64,000 nucleotides of DNA, taken from positions 158 through 64,157 of the forward strand of contig JBKPOS010000129.1 of assembly GCA_046733215.1 (NCBI GenBank), given 5' to 3'. Every line of letters begins with the position of its first letter. The first letter of the stretch is position 1. Source of the DNA: Gemmatimonadota bacterium. Lineage in GTDB: Bacteria > Gemmatimonadota > Gemmatimonadetes > Gemmatimonadales > GWC2-71-9. A program made the position numbers and the translations under genes. Below are positions 27,632 through 36,119 of this stretch, piece after piece. The notes beneath the pieces are model-generated. The model was not told where the DNA came from. It worked only from the letters and a program-made list of their open reading frames with translations, and did no database searches.

Positions 27632-27801
27632 GGTAAAATTGACACCCAAACCGTCAACCCCCTGCGCAGTCGGCGCCCTAAGCGGCGATGGGCCCGATAA
27701 TTAGGCGGCGCTTCCAGGACCGGCGCCGCCGACCGCTTGACTTGCTTCCACCCCATCGACCGTCCTACCTTTGACCCAAAGCTCATCGGGAGGCCCTCTC
27801 G

Positions 27802-28935
27802 ATGTCGGACGCATTCCGCAGCTCCGACGATTTCGACGAACAAGCCCATCAGCTCTACAACGAAGGCCGCTACGACGAGGCGGTCGCTCTCCTCCGCGAG
27901 GGACTTTCCCTCTATCCCAATGCGGTAGAACTCCACATCGGGCTAGGTTACGCCCAGCTTGCCCGGGAAGAGTTCGCCTGGGCCCGAAGGAGCTTCGAGC
28001 GAGCTCTGACGTTGGACCCGGACCATGAGGACGGGCTTGCCGGTCTGGGCGAAGTGCTGCTCAAGCTGGGCGAGCGCGGCGGAGCACTGCGTGCGTTCGA
28101 GCGGATCGTGCTTCTGGGATTCCAGGAAGACCACGAGCTGATGTTGCAGGTAGGCCGAGCCTTGTTCCGTGAAGCTCTGGTCGGTCCTGCGCAGCGCTTC
28201 TTCGAGTTTGCCGTCACGGCGCACCAGGAGTCACCGGACGCTGCCGCGTGCCTGGGATACGCTTGTCATCGGTTGGGCAGCGACAGCGGCGCGCTGTTTT
28301 GGCTACGCAGATCCCTCGAGCTCGAGCCGGACTTTGTGGAAGCGCGGATCTATCTCGCCAACATGCTGTACGACCGCGGCGAGACCGAGGCGGCGCTGCA
28401 CCATCTCGAGAAGACCCGTCCTGACGAGCATTACGATGAGCTGGGCATCTGGCGCCACATCGAGCTCAAGAAGACGGTCTACCGCCTCAGCGATGAAGAT
28501 CCCGAGTTGCAGCCCTGGTTGCAGCGGCTGGGCGAAGTCGCGGGCGATCCCGAACCCGTTGACCTGCTGCTGGCCGAGGTCGAGGCGCTGCAGCCCGACG
28601 GCAGCATTCGTGACCCGCATCAGCTGGAGCTGTTCGGAACGCTGCTCACCGAGCTGCACGCGATGCAGCGCCGCCCGGGCCAGCCGGTCGGGCATCCGAC
28701 CGATACACATGCAGTCGGCACGTTGGGCGGACTCACGTTCAAGGGTACCTGGGACGAGATTCTGTTACAGATGAAGGCGGCCGACCGCGAGTGGGCCGAT
28801 GCCTCACTCACCGAGTTCATGGTCGGCCTCGCTCGGCGGGGTCGCACGGAGACCGGCGTCGTTATTCCGGTCACGGACGCCGAGGCGTTCATCCGTGGCA
28901 GCGCCGAGGCAGGGGTGCTCCGCATTATCCAGTGA
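27802..28935 (+). CDS. TPR-repeat protein with unassigned C-terminal domain
   Basis: N-terminal tandem TPR-like repeats (YNEGRYDEAVALLREGLSLYPNAVELHIGLGYAQ...). The last ~150 aa are unassigned. Its stop overlaps the next start (GTGA). Confidence 0.75.
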   Translation: MSDAFRSSDDFDEQAHQLYNEGRYDEAVALLREGLSLYPNAVELHIGLGYAQLAREEFAWARRSFERALTLDPDHEDGLAGLGEVLLKLGERGGALRAFERIVLLGFQEDHELMLQVGRALFREALVGPAQRFFEFAVTAHQESPDAAACLGYACHRLGSDSGALFWLRRSLELEPDFVEARIYLANMLYDRGETEAALHHLEKTRPDEHYDELGIWRHIELKKTVYRLSDEDPELQPWLQRLGEVAGDPEPVDLLLAEVEALQPDGSIRDPHQLELFGTLLTELHAMQRRPGQPVGHPTDTHAVGTLGGLTFKGTWDEILLQMKAADREWADASLTEFMVGLARRGRTETGVVIPVTDAEAFIRGSAEAGVLRIIQ

Positions 28936-29858
28936 TCGAGCTGCAGGGCCTTTCCAAAACGTACCGATCGCTCTTCGGCACGCGGGTGGTGCCGGCGCTC
29001 GACGACCTCACCCTCACACTTGCGCGGGGTGAGGTCGTCGGCGTTGCCGGGCCTAACGGTGCCGGCAAGAGCACGCTGATCTCGCTGCTCCTCGGATACC
29101 TCCGTCCGACCCAAGGGCAGGTCCAGGTCGACCGAATGCCGCCGCGTCGCTGGGTCGAGCGTCACGGCGTCGGCTATCAGGCCGAGCTGGTCGCCATTCC
29201 AGGGCGCTGGAGCGTCGAAGGAGCGCTGCAGCGGTATACCGTGCTTTCCGGCGTTTCGCGGGCTCAACTGACTCAACGGGTCGACTCGCTGCTGAGCGAC
29301 TTCGGGCTTGCGGATCAGCGGCGGAAGCGGGTGCGCGAGCTGTCCAAGGGGAATCTCCAACGGCTCGGTCTGGCCCAGGCTCTTGCCGGAGACAGCGATC
29401 TGGTGGTACTGGACGAGCCGACCCACGGCCTCGATCCGCTGTGGACCCAGCGCTTCCGCGATGTTGTGCGGGATCTCCGGCGTCCATCGCGGCTGATCCT
29501 CATCGCGTCGCACAACCTTGATGAGCTCGAGCGACTCGCTGACCGGGTCCTCATTCTCCACCAGGGTCGGCTGCAACGTGTGGTTACGGCTGGTGCGGGC
29601 CCGGCCGAGGCGTCGGTGGCCCGGCCATTGGTGTACCGGCTCGCTTTGACTACAAGGCATGCAGCGGTCGGCCGGGTGTTTCCCGCCGCCGAGTCGGTCG
29701 AGGGACGCGATGCCGAATGGCTGGTTCGAGGCGACCTCGAGACGCTGAATCGGGGCCTTGCCGAGCTGGTGGGGGCCGGGGCGTTGGTGGCGGCGTTCAC
29801 GCCGGAGCAGAGCCGGCTGGAAAGCGAATTTCGAGCAGCAGTCCGGGGCGAACCGTGA
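28932..29858 (+). CDS. ABC transporter ATP-binding protein
   Basis: GTG at 28932 (VIELQGLSKTY), Walker A GPNGAGKSTL, signature LSKGNLQRLGLAQAL, Walker B LVVLDEPTHGLD, and a ~90-aa C-terminal extension. Confidence 0.85.
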   Translation: MIELQGLSKTYRSLFGTRVVPALDDLTLTLARGEVVGVAGPNGAGKSTLISLLLGYLRPTQGQVQVDRMPPRRWVERHGVGYQAELVAIPGRWSVEGALQRYTVLSGVSRAQLTQRVDSLLSDFGLADQRRKRVRELSKGNLQRLGLAQALAGDSDLVVLDEPTHGLDPLWTQRFRDVVRDLRRPSRLILIASHNLDELERLADRVLILHQGRLQRVVTAGAGPAEASVARPLVYRLALTTRHAAVGRVFPAAESVEGRDAEWLVRGDLETLNRGLAELVGAGALVAAFTPEQSRLESEFRAAVRGEP

Positions 29859-30568
29859 GCGGACTTCCGACGCGCTATGCCGGTTGGATGGTTCGCGACT
29901 TCGCCGCCGGGCCAGCCATTCTAATGGCGGTACTCGTCGGGCTGGCGCTGCTCGTGGTGCGCAACCTTCAGGTGGTCGGTCCCAGCGGTAACGCGGATCT
30001 TGCGGCATGCCTTGTCGCACTCGACTGGACCACAATGAGCCTCACGCTCGTGGCGACCGCTGGATTGGTGAGCGGCGATTTTTCTCAGGGACATCAGCGG
30101 ACCTTGTTTGCCAAGCCGCTCAACCCGGCCCTCTATTACCTTCAGCGCTGGCTCATCGGTGGCGTTGCGGTCGGGGTGGCCACGCTTCCAATCGCTTACG
30201 CCATCGCAAACCGTTTCGGCGTTCCCCTACTCGGGCTGGGCTTCTTCGCCCGTTTGGCCCTGCTCTATCTCGTCCTCGGCGGTCTCGTGTTTGTCCTTTC
30301 GACCATCACTCGGCGAGACTGGCTGGTGGCGATCGTGTTGATTGCCTGGCAGGCCGCGCTGGGGGCTGCCCACTCCGCCGGTCTCGCACACGGTCCGCTC
30401 ACCGAGACGCTCCTCGCAATTCTGCCTCCCTTTCAGCAGATCGGACTACGCGGACCAACCCCTGAAGTCGCAGGGCTGGTGCACGCGTCAGGGTACGGTG
30501 CCCTGCTGCTCGGCGCTGCCTTGGCGGTGTTGCAGTGGCGCCCATTGGCCCGCGGGGCTCGTGATTGA
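29855..30568 (+). CDS. Polytopic membrane protein, presumed permease partner of the preceding ATPase
   Basis: GTG at 29855 overlaps the ATPase stop (GTGA). 237 aa with about six hydrophobic segments. The family is not recognisable by eye. Confidence 0.6.
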   Translation: MSGLPTRYAGWMVRDFAAGPAILMAVLVGLALLVVRNLQVVGPSGNADLAACLVALDWTTMSLTLVATAGLVSGDFSQGHQRTLFAKPLNPALYYLQRWLIGGVAVGVATLPIAYAIANRFGVPLLGLGFFARLALLYLVLGGLVFVLSTITRRDWLVAIVLIAWQAALGAAHSAGLAHGPLTETLLAILPPFQQIGLRGPTPEVAGLVHASGYGALLLGAALAVLQWRPLARGARD

Positions 30569-33174
30569 TGCAATGGTCTGCCGGCGTGGTGCGCGAGGCC
30601 CTGCCTAACGGACTGACGCTGTTGGTTCAGCCGGAGCGCTCCGCGCCGGTGGTCGCCGTCGTCACGCACGTCAAAGCGGGTTTCTTCGACGAGCCCGATC
30701 GCTGGGTGGGCATTTCGCACGTGCTCGAACACATGTTCTTCAAGGGCACCGCGCGCAGAGGCGTGGGAGCCATCGCTCGTGAGACCAAGGCGGCCGGCGG
30801 CTACCTGAACGCAAGCACGAGCTACGACCACACCACCTATTTCACCGTGCTGCCGGCAGGCGGCCTCGAGGCGGCTCTCGACATTCAGAGCGATGCCTTG
30901 CGCAATTCGGCCATCGATGCCGACGAGCTTGCTCGCGAGTTGCGCGTGATCATCCAGGAAGCAAAGCGTAAGCTGGACAACCCGCCGGCGCTGGCCTACG
31001 AGACACTGCATGAGATCATGTTCGACCGGCATCGGATCCGTCGCTGGCGCATCGGACACGAGACGGCCCTCGCCGGGTTCACTCGGGACGACGTCTGGGG
31101 CTACTACCGGTCCCGATATGTACCCGAGCGAACCATTGTCTCGATCGTAGGAGATGTCGACCCGGAGAAGGCGATCACGCTTGCGAAAGCACGCTATGCC
31201 GACTGGCCGCCCGCGCGAGGCGCCGAGGATCCTTCACCCGAAGAGCCGATCAGGCGGGAAATCCGGGCGCGCACGCTTCGCGGCGACATCGCGCAGGCCG
31301 AACTGGCGGTCGGCTGGCGAACCGTCCCGCCGCTCCATCCTGATGCTGCCCCGCTGGATCTCGCCGCTGCCGTTCTCGCGTCCGGCCGCGGCAGCTGGCT
31401 GCAACGATCGTTGCGTGAGAGCGGGCTCGTCATCAGCGTCTCCGCTCACAATTACACGCCGACGGAGCTTGGCATCTTCGGCGTGACGACCGACCTCGAG
31501 GCCGACAAAGCTGTACCCGCGCTCGAAGGGATTGCGTCGGCGGTCTCGCGACTGGCGTTGTTGGGACCCTCCGAAACGGACCTCGATCGAGCCCGCACCC
31601 TTCTGCTCACGCGCTGGGCCCGTCGCCTCGAGGCCATGGAGGGAAGGGCGTCCGCGTTGGCCGCAGCTGAGGCGCTCGAATCCGTGGGCGTACTCGATCG
31701 GGAGTATGCCGCGCTGTCCAGGGCCACTGCGGCCGACATACGGACAGTCGCCGGGCGCTACCTGGACCCCGAGTCCGTCGCGGCATTGGCGTATCTGCCT
31801 CGCAATCGAGGAGAAGATCTCACAACCGATCGAGTCGCAGGAATCTTCGCGGTCACGGCGCTCACGAGCGGAACCCCAACGATCGCGCCGCCCCCCCGCG
31901 CAGCTGCGCCCCAGGTCGTGCGTGGGCAAAGCCAGGCGGGGGTTCTCCACGTGGCGCTATCCGGCGCCGACCTTCTGATCCGGCCCAAGTCCGGAGTACC
32001 GACGGTCAGCCTTGGCCTGTATGTGCCCAGATTCGAGTTCGAGCCGGCCGCCCAGACGGGCCTCGGTGCGCTGGTAGCACGCGCCGCGCTCCGTGGAGCG
32101 GGAGACCTCGATGCGGGTGCGCTCGCCTTCGCTGCGGAGCGGTTGGGTGGCTCCCTCAGTGCTGTCCTCAACTCGGACTGGCTCGGATTCGGCCTCACGG
32201 TTCTCTCGGAGCGGTTGTCGGAAGCAGCGGCACTGCTCGACATCGTCTACCGGCTGCCACAGCTCTCGCCCGAAGACACTGCCGTCGAGCGGGATGCCTT
32301 GACCGCCGAAGCGAAGCAGCTCGCGGACGACATGTTCCGATTCCCTTTCCAGCTCGCTTTCGGTGCGGCATTCGACGATCAGGGCTATGGACTTCCCGTC
32401 GCCGGCCTGGGCGAGACCTTGGCGTCGCTCACAGCAAAGGACGCCCGGCGCTGGCACGAGACCGCGTTTCTTGGCCGACGGCCCGTGATCGTGGTGGTGG
32501 GAGACCTCCGAGCGGGAGCGGCCGCAGATGCTCTCGCGGGAATATTCGGCACCCTTCCTGCCCGTTCCGCCAATGGCCTCCCGGCCGATCACGATTGGGC
32601 GCTTGATTCGCAGCCGGTCGAGCGGGTGGTGGAGCGCGACAAGGCTCAGAGCGCGCTGGCGATGGTGTTCCGTGGTCCGTCGCGCCGCAGCGCGGACCGG
32701 CATGCGGCCGAGGTCTGGGCTGCCGTTGCCAGCGGACTGGGGGGTCGGATCTTCGAGGCGCTACGCGAGCGGCGCTCCCTGGCGTACTCCGTGATGGCAT
32801 CGTCGTGGCAGAAGGGACGGGCCGGCGCTCTCGTGACCTACATCGCCACCTCGCCCGAACGTGAGGCCGAGGCGCGGTCGGCCATGCTGGCCGAACTGGA
32901 GCGATTCGCCGCTGGGCCGGTCACCGCCGATGAGCTGGCACAGGCGATCAACTACCTGGCCGGACAGGCGGAGGTGCGGAAACAACACGCCACCGCGGTC
33001 GCAGGTGATCTGCTTGAAGCGTGGCTGGTCGGTTGTGGTCTGGAGGAACTGGAAGATCCTGCAGCCGCCTATCGGAGTGTCACTGCGACTCAGATTCAGC
33101 GTGTAGCCGAGCAGACTTTCGGAGGCCTCATACGCGCGGAGGGAGTCGTGCGCGGCAGCGGCGGAGGTCGGTAG
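30568..33174 (+). CDS. Double-length M16 (pitrilysin/insulinase) family zinc peptidase, no signal peptide
   Basis: Inverted zinc motif HVLEHMFFKGT in the first half. The second half is M16-like without HxxEH. ATG at 30568 shares one nt with the preceding TGA. About 868 aa. Confidence 0.88.
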   Translation: MQWSAGVVREALPNGLTLLVQPERSAPVVAVVTHVKAGFFDEPDRWVGISHVLEHMFFKGTARRGVGAIARETKAAGGYLNASTSYDHTTYFTVLPAGGLEAALDIQSDALRNSAIDADELARELRVIIQEAKRKLDNPPALAYETLHEIMFDRHRIRRWRIGHETALAGFTRDDVWGYYRSRYVPERTIVSIVGDVDPEKAITLAKARYADWPPARGAEDPSPEEPIRREIRARTLRGDIAQAELAVGWRTVPPLHPDAAPLDLAAAVLASGRGSWLQRSLRESGLVISVSAHNYTPTELGIFGVTTDLEADKAVPALEGIASAVSRLALLGPSETDLDRARTLLLTRWARRLEAMEGRASALAAAEALESVGVLDREYAALSRATAADIRTVAGRYLDPESVAALAYLPRNRGEDLTTDRVAGIFAVTALTSGTPTIAPPPRAAAPQVVRGQSQAGVLHVALSGADLLIRPKSGVPTVSLGLYVPRFEFEPAAQTGLGALVARAALRGAGDLDAGALAFAAERLGGSLSAVLNSDWLGFGLTVLSERLSEAAALLDIVYRLPQLSPEDTAVERDALTAEAKQLADDMFRFPFQLAFGAAFDDQGYGLPVAGLGETLASLTAKDARRWHETAFLGRRPVIVVVGDLRAGAAADALAGIFGTLPARSANGLPADHDWALDSQPVERVVERDKAQSALAMVFRGPSRRSADRHAAEVWAAVASGLGGRIFEALRERRSLAYSVMASSWQKGRAGALVTYIATSPEREAEARSAMLAELERFAAGPVTADELAQAINYLAGQAEVRKQHATAVAGDLLEAWLVGCGLEELEDPAAAYRSVTATQIQRVAEQTFGGLIRAEGVVRGSGGGR

Positions 33175-33200
33175 AATCGGTCACGTGCTCTCGGCGATGT

Positions 33201-33788
33201 ATGTTTGGGCCTATGAGCGTCCCCGATGCCGATCCTGCCGCGAGAATGAGCCGGCCTCGCACACGTGTGTCACCCCGCTGGACCGCCGCGGACGTTCTGA
33301 CTGCCGTTCGCCTGCCGCTGGCCGTGCTCTTTCTCCTGGCCGACGAGGTGTGGGCGAGGGTCACGATCGTCGCCGTCGCAGCCGCCACCGATCTTCTGGA
33401 CGGGCCCATCGCGCGGCGGTTCGGATCGTCGGCATTCGGCGCGGTGCTGGATCCCATCGCCGACAAGCTATTCATGGCTTGCGCCTTCGGGGTTGTTGCG
33501 TTCTCCGGACGCCTCGAGTGGTACGAGGTCGCAGGCGTATTGGTGCGGGACATTGTCGCGACGGCTGCCTTCGTGGTTACCGCAGTCTCCCGCCGGCCTA
33601 GCGCGATACCAGCCCGCCTGGGGGGTAAAGCGGTGACCGTCGGTCAGTGTCTCACGCTCCTGGCCTTCCTGCTCGACTCTTCCTTCCTGCGACCGCTCGC
33701 CTGGGCAACCGGCGCCGTCGGCTTGTATGCCATTTGGGACTACAGCCGTGTTGCCGGCAGCGAAAAGCGGCCGGTCGGCACCCGGTAA
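33201..33788 (+). CDS. CDP-alcohol phosphatidyltransferase family protein
   Basis: Signature D-x2-DG-x2-AR-x8-G-x3-D-x3-D seen as DLLDGPIARRFGSSAFGAVLDPIADK. Start is either ATG 33201 or ATG 33213. Confidence 0.82.
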   Translation: MFGPMSVPDADPAARMSRPRTRVSPRWTAADVLTAVRLPLAVLFLLADEVWARVTIVAVAAATDLLDGPIARRFGSSAFGAVLDPIADKLFMACAFGVVAFSGRLEWYEVAGVLVRDIVATAAFVVTAVSRRPSAIPARLGGKAVTVGQCLTLLAFLLDSSFLRPLAWATGAVGLYAIWDYSRVAGSEKRPVGTR

Positions 33789-33795
33789 CCTCTCA

Positions 33796-34206
33796 ATGGA
33801 AGGCAGTGTTCGGGCGGTGGAGCTCACCTGGGAAGGCGACATGCGCTTTCGTGGGGGTGAGCCCGGCGGACCCACGACGTTGATCGATGCCGACAATGCA
33901 ACCGCCCCCGGACCCATGCTGACACTTCTTCTCGCAGCGGCGGCCTGCTCGGGGGCAGACGTCGTGAGCATCCTGGGGAAGATGCGGGTTGAGCTTGGGG
34001 CCCTTCGGATCGAGGTAGAAGGCCGCCGCCAGGCGCAGGACCCAAAGCGACTCCGGTCGATTCGATTCACATTCCATGTCACCGGCGGCGCCATCGATAA
34101 AGCCAAGGTGCGGCGCGCGGTGGAGCTGTCGCTACAGAAGTATTGCTCGGTGGTGCACTCGCTCGCGCCTGACATCGCGGTCGAGTATGAGCTCGACCTG
34201 GCCTAG
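33796..34206 (+). CDS. OsmC/Ohr-family peroxiredoxin-like protein
   Basis: 136 aa with OsmC-type features PMLTLLLAAAACSGADVVSIL and VELSLQKYCSVVHSL (the two conserved Cys). Confidence 0.8.
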   Translation: MEGSVRAVELTWEGDMRFRGGEPGGPTTLIDADNATAPGPMLTLLLAAAACSGADVVSILGKMRVELGALRIEVEGRRQAQDPKRLRSIRFTFHVTGGAIDKAKVRRAVELSLQKYCSVVHSLAPDIAVEYELDLA

Positions 34207-34645
34207 CTGGCTTTTGGCAGCCGCGGCCGTTATTCCCGGCTCGCTGGCAGCCCAAGAAGTAAGAGAGCTCGGCGTTCAGGCTCTGGGTACTACGTCCGAG
34301 CCGGCTCTTGTCACCGGTGGCGTGTACGGTGCGATGCGGGTTGCGGCACGGGCCCGCATCGCGCTGACCTTGGGCGCCGGTGTTTCCGATGGGCAAGCTG
34401 CAGGCCGGGGTGAGTTGCTCGGGCATTTTCTGCTGAGTCCGGGGGCGACGACTCGACCGGGGGTCTATGTGGGCGGAGGAATTGCCGGCGTGGTGGGCGC
34501 CGTCGATCAGGGGTACGTTGTGGCGCTCGTCGGACTGGAGAGCGCCCCGGGCCGCCGATCGGGATGGGCTGTGGAGGCTGGTGTGGGCGGTGGCTTTCGA
34601 TTTACGGCTGGGTGGCGATGGCGCTGGCGACGGGCCCCGACGTGA
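34187..34645 (+). CDS. Hypothetical secreted glycine-rich protein (small beta-barrel-like)
   Basis: ATG at 34187 gives a signal peptide ending LAAQ. Gly/Ala/Val-rich alternating segments follow, with an aromatic-rich C-terminal end FRFTAGWRW. Confidence 0.45.
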   Translation: MSSTWPSWLLAAAAVIPGSLAAQEVRELGVQALGTTSEPALVTGGVYGAMRVAARARIALTLGAGVSDGQAAGRGELLGHFLLSPGATTRPGVYVGGGIAGVVGAVDQGYVVALVGLESAPGRRSGWAVEAGVGGGFRFTAGWRWRWRRAPT

Positions 34646-34646
34646 T

Positions 34647-34678
34647 ACCGCCCCGGGACCAACGGGCCCCGGGGCGGT
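34647..34678. terminator. Bidirectional hairpin between convergent genes
   Basis: Perfect 11-bp stem ACCGCCCCGGG-(10 nt)-CCCGGGGCGGT, located between the stops at 34645 (+) and 34700 (-). Confidence 0.5.
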
Positions 34679-34699
34679 GAGTGGCGGCGAATTCGGCGG

Positions 34700-34984
34700 T
34701 CAGCCTGCCAGCGAGCCGGCGTTCTCCCGCGATGCGGTCTCACTCCGACGTTGCACCGGCTGGCAGTACCGTTCGCCCAGCGTGCGGAGCCTGCCGAGAT
34801 CTTCGTCGCTCAAATCCGAGTACCGGTCGGCGAGATACTGCATGGTATCGTCGAACCATTCCTTCTGGTGCTCGGGAAGAGCATCGATCACGCCACAGCG
34901 CAGAATGTGACTGAACAGCTCGTCACGGGCCTGATCGAACGAGGTCGCGGTTGCTGCGAAACGTCTGGGCTTCTTCTTGCTCAT
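34700..34984 (-). CDS. Hypothetical small protein (94 aa)
   Basis: ATG start, Lys-rich N-terminus, acidic helical body (EHQKEWFDDTMQYLADRYSDLSDEDLGRL). Coding-like composition. No family recognised. Confidence 0.55.
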   Translation of the reverse strand: MSKKKPRRFAATATSFDQARDELFSHILRCGVIDALPEHQKEWFDDTMQYLADRYSDLSDEDLGRLRTLGERYCQPVQRRSETASRENAGSLAG

Positions 34985-35162
34985 CTACCTTCCTTGAGGT
35001 TTACTGGGTTCGGACGTTTCATCGCGTCCACGCGAAAGATAACTACGCCGCGCTACATGGAGCAAAGGTTCCCAATGCTCGCCTTTTGGCGTCCGCGTTA
35101 CATTTATCGCCTAATAACCGCGAAAACTTCACCCGGGTTCCTGAGAGGACCCGGAGGGATAC

Positions 35163-35468
35163 ATGGCCGAGCATGATGAAGTGTACGACAAGCATCGGGC
35201 GGACCGTCTGGCCGAGTTGCTGCGCGAGTTGGCCGCCCGGATTCAGGAGCTCGACCGGCAGGGAGCTCTGCTGAGCGGCGTGCCGGAACTGCTTCGCCTG
35301 ATGGGCGATGCACGTAGCGAGCTGTTTCACTATGAGGTGAGGAGCACATACGACACGCCGGAGGTTGCCGAGAGCCGCCGGATCGTCGAGGAGGCGCAGC
35401 GCAAGGGCTCCTTCAATCTCGAAGAACCGGAGGACGAGGAACCATGGCGGTCACCCCCAACCGAATGA
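35163..35468 (+). CDS. Hypothetical small acidic protein (101 aa)
   Basis: ATG preceded by GGAGGG. Helical charged sequence. Its stop overlaps the next ATG (ATGA). Confidence 0.55.
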   Translation: MAEHDEVYDKHRADRLAELLRELAARIQELDRQGALLSGVPELLRLMGDARSELFHYEVRSTYDTPEVAESRRIVEEAQRKGSFNLEEPEDEEPWRSPPTE

Positions 35469-36118
35469 AGGGGTTCTATGCCGGGCTGATCGGTGTGCTG
35501 GTGGTCGGGGCGGGTGCCTTGGGATGGATGCTCACTCGTCCCCGGACAACCAGCATTCCCGCCAACGTGACGGTCCAGGCAGCGGATACTGCGGGATTCC
35601 GCGGATACATCCTGGGATCGGACACCGCCAAAGTCGAGATTACGGAGTACGCTGACTATCAGTGTCCCTTCTGTCAGACCTTCGATCAGCTGCAGATGCC
35701 TACGATAAAAAAAGACTTGATCGACACCGGACGGCTCCGCTGGCGGTATCGGGACTTTCCCCTGCAACAGCATCCTTTTTCACGGCTCGCCGCTCACTCC
35801 GCGGCGTGCGCGGACGAACAATCCAAATATTGGCAGCAACACCACAGCATCTACGACGGGCAGCAGGACTGGGCTCAACTCCGAGACGCTGCCTCGACAT
35901 TCCGCCAATACGCTCAGGCCAATGGCCTGGATCTCGGTCGCTACGACACCTGCATGCAGTCGGCGAAATTTGCGGGTCGTATCCAGGCGAGCTATGACGA
36001 AGGGGTTCAGGTAGGTGTGAGCGGGACCCCAACCCTGATGATCGGCGGGCGGCTTTACCAGGGCCGCCTCGACTCAGATGCCATCGCCCACCTCGTCGAC
36101 TCGCTGACAACCCACTGA
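35465..36118 (+). CDS. DsbA-family thiol:disulfide oxidoreductase, membrane-anchored
   Basis: N-terminal TM MKGFYAGLIGVLVVGAGALGW, and a thioredoxin active site in EYADYQCPFCQTF. Confidence 0.85.
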   Translation: MKGFYAGLIGVLVVGAGALGWMLTRPRTTSIPANVTVQAADTAGFRGYILGSDTAKVEITEYADYQCPFCQTFDQLQMPTIKKDLIDTGRLRWRYRDFPLQQHPFSRLAAHSAACADEQSKYWQQHHSIYDGQQDWAQLRDAASTFRQYAQANGLDLGRYDTCMQSAKFAGRIQASYDEGVQVGVSGTPTLMIGGRLYQGRLDSDAIAHLVDSLTTH

Positions 36119-36119
36119 C

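Noticed and set aside
27688-27774. 28-codon highly basic ORF upstream of the TPR/ABC/M16 operon, considered as a possible precursor peptide.
   Set aside because: It has no convincing ribosome-binding site. Its Arg/Pro-rich composition is like random high-GC translation, and it has no leader or core features.
28620-30035. 471-aa minus-strand ORF.
   Set aside because: It is antisense to the TPR gene end, the ABC ATPase and the permease start. It has no motifs, only high-GC frame-artefact composition.
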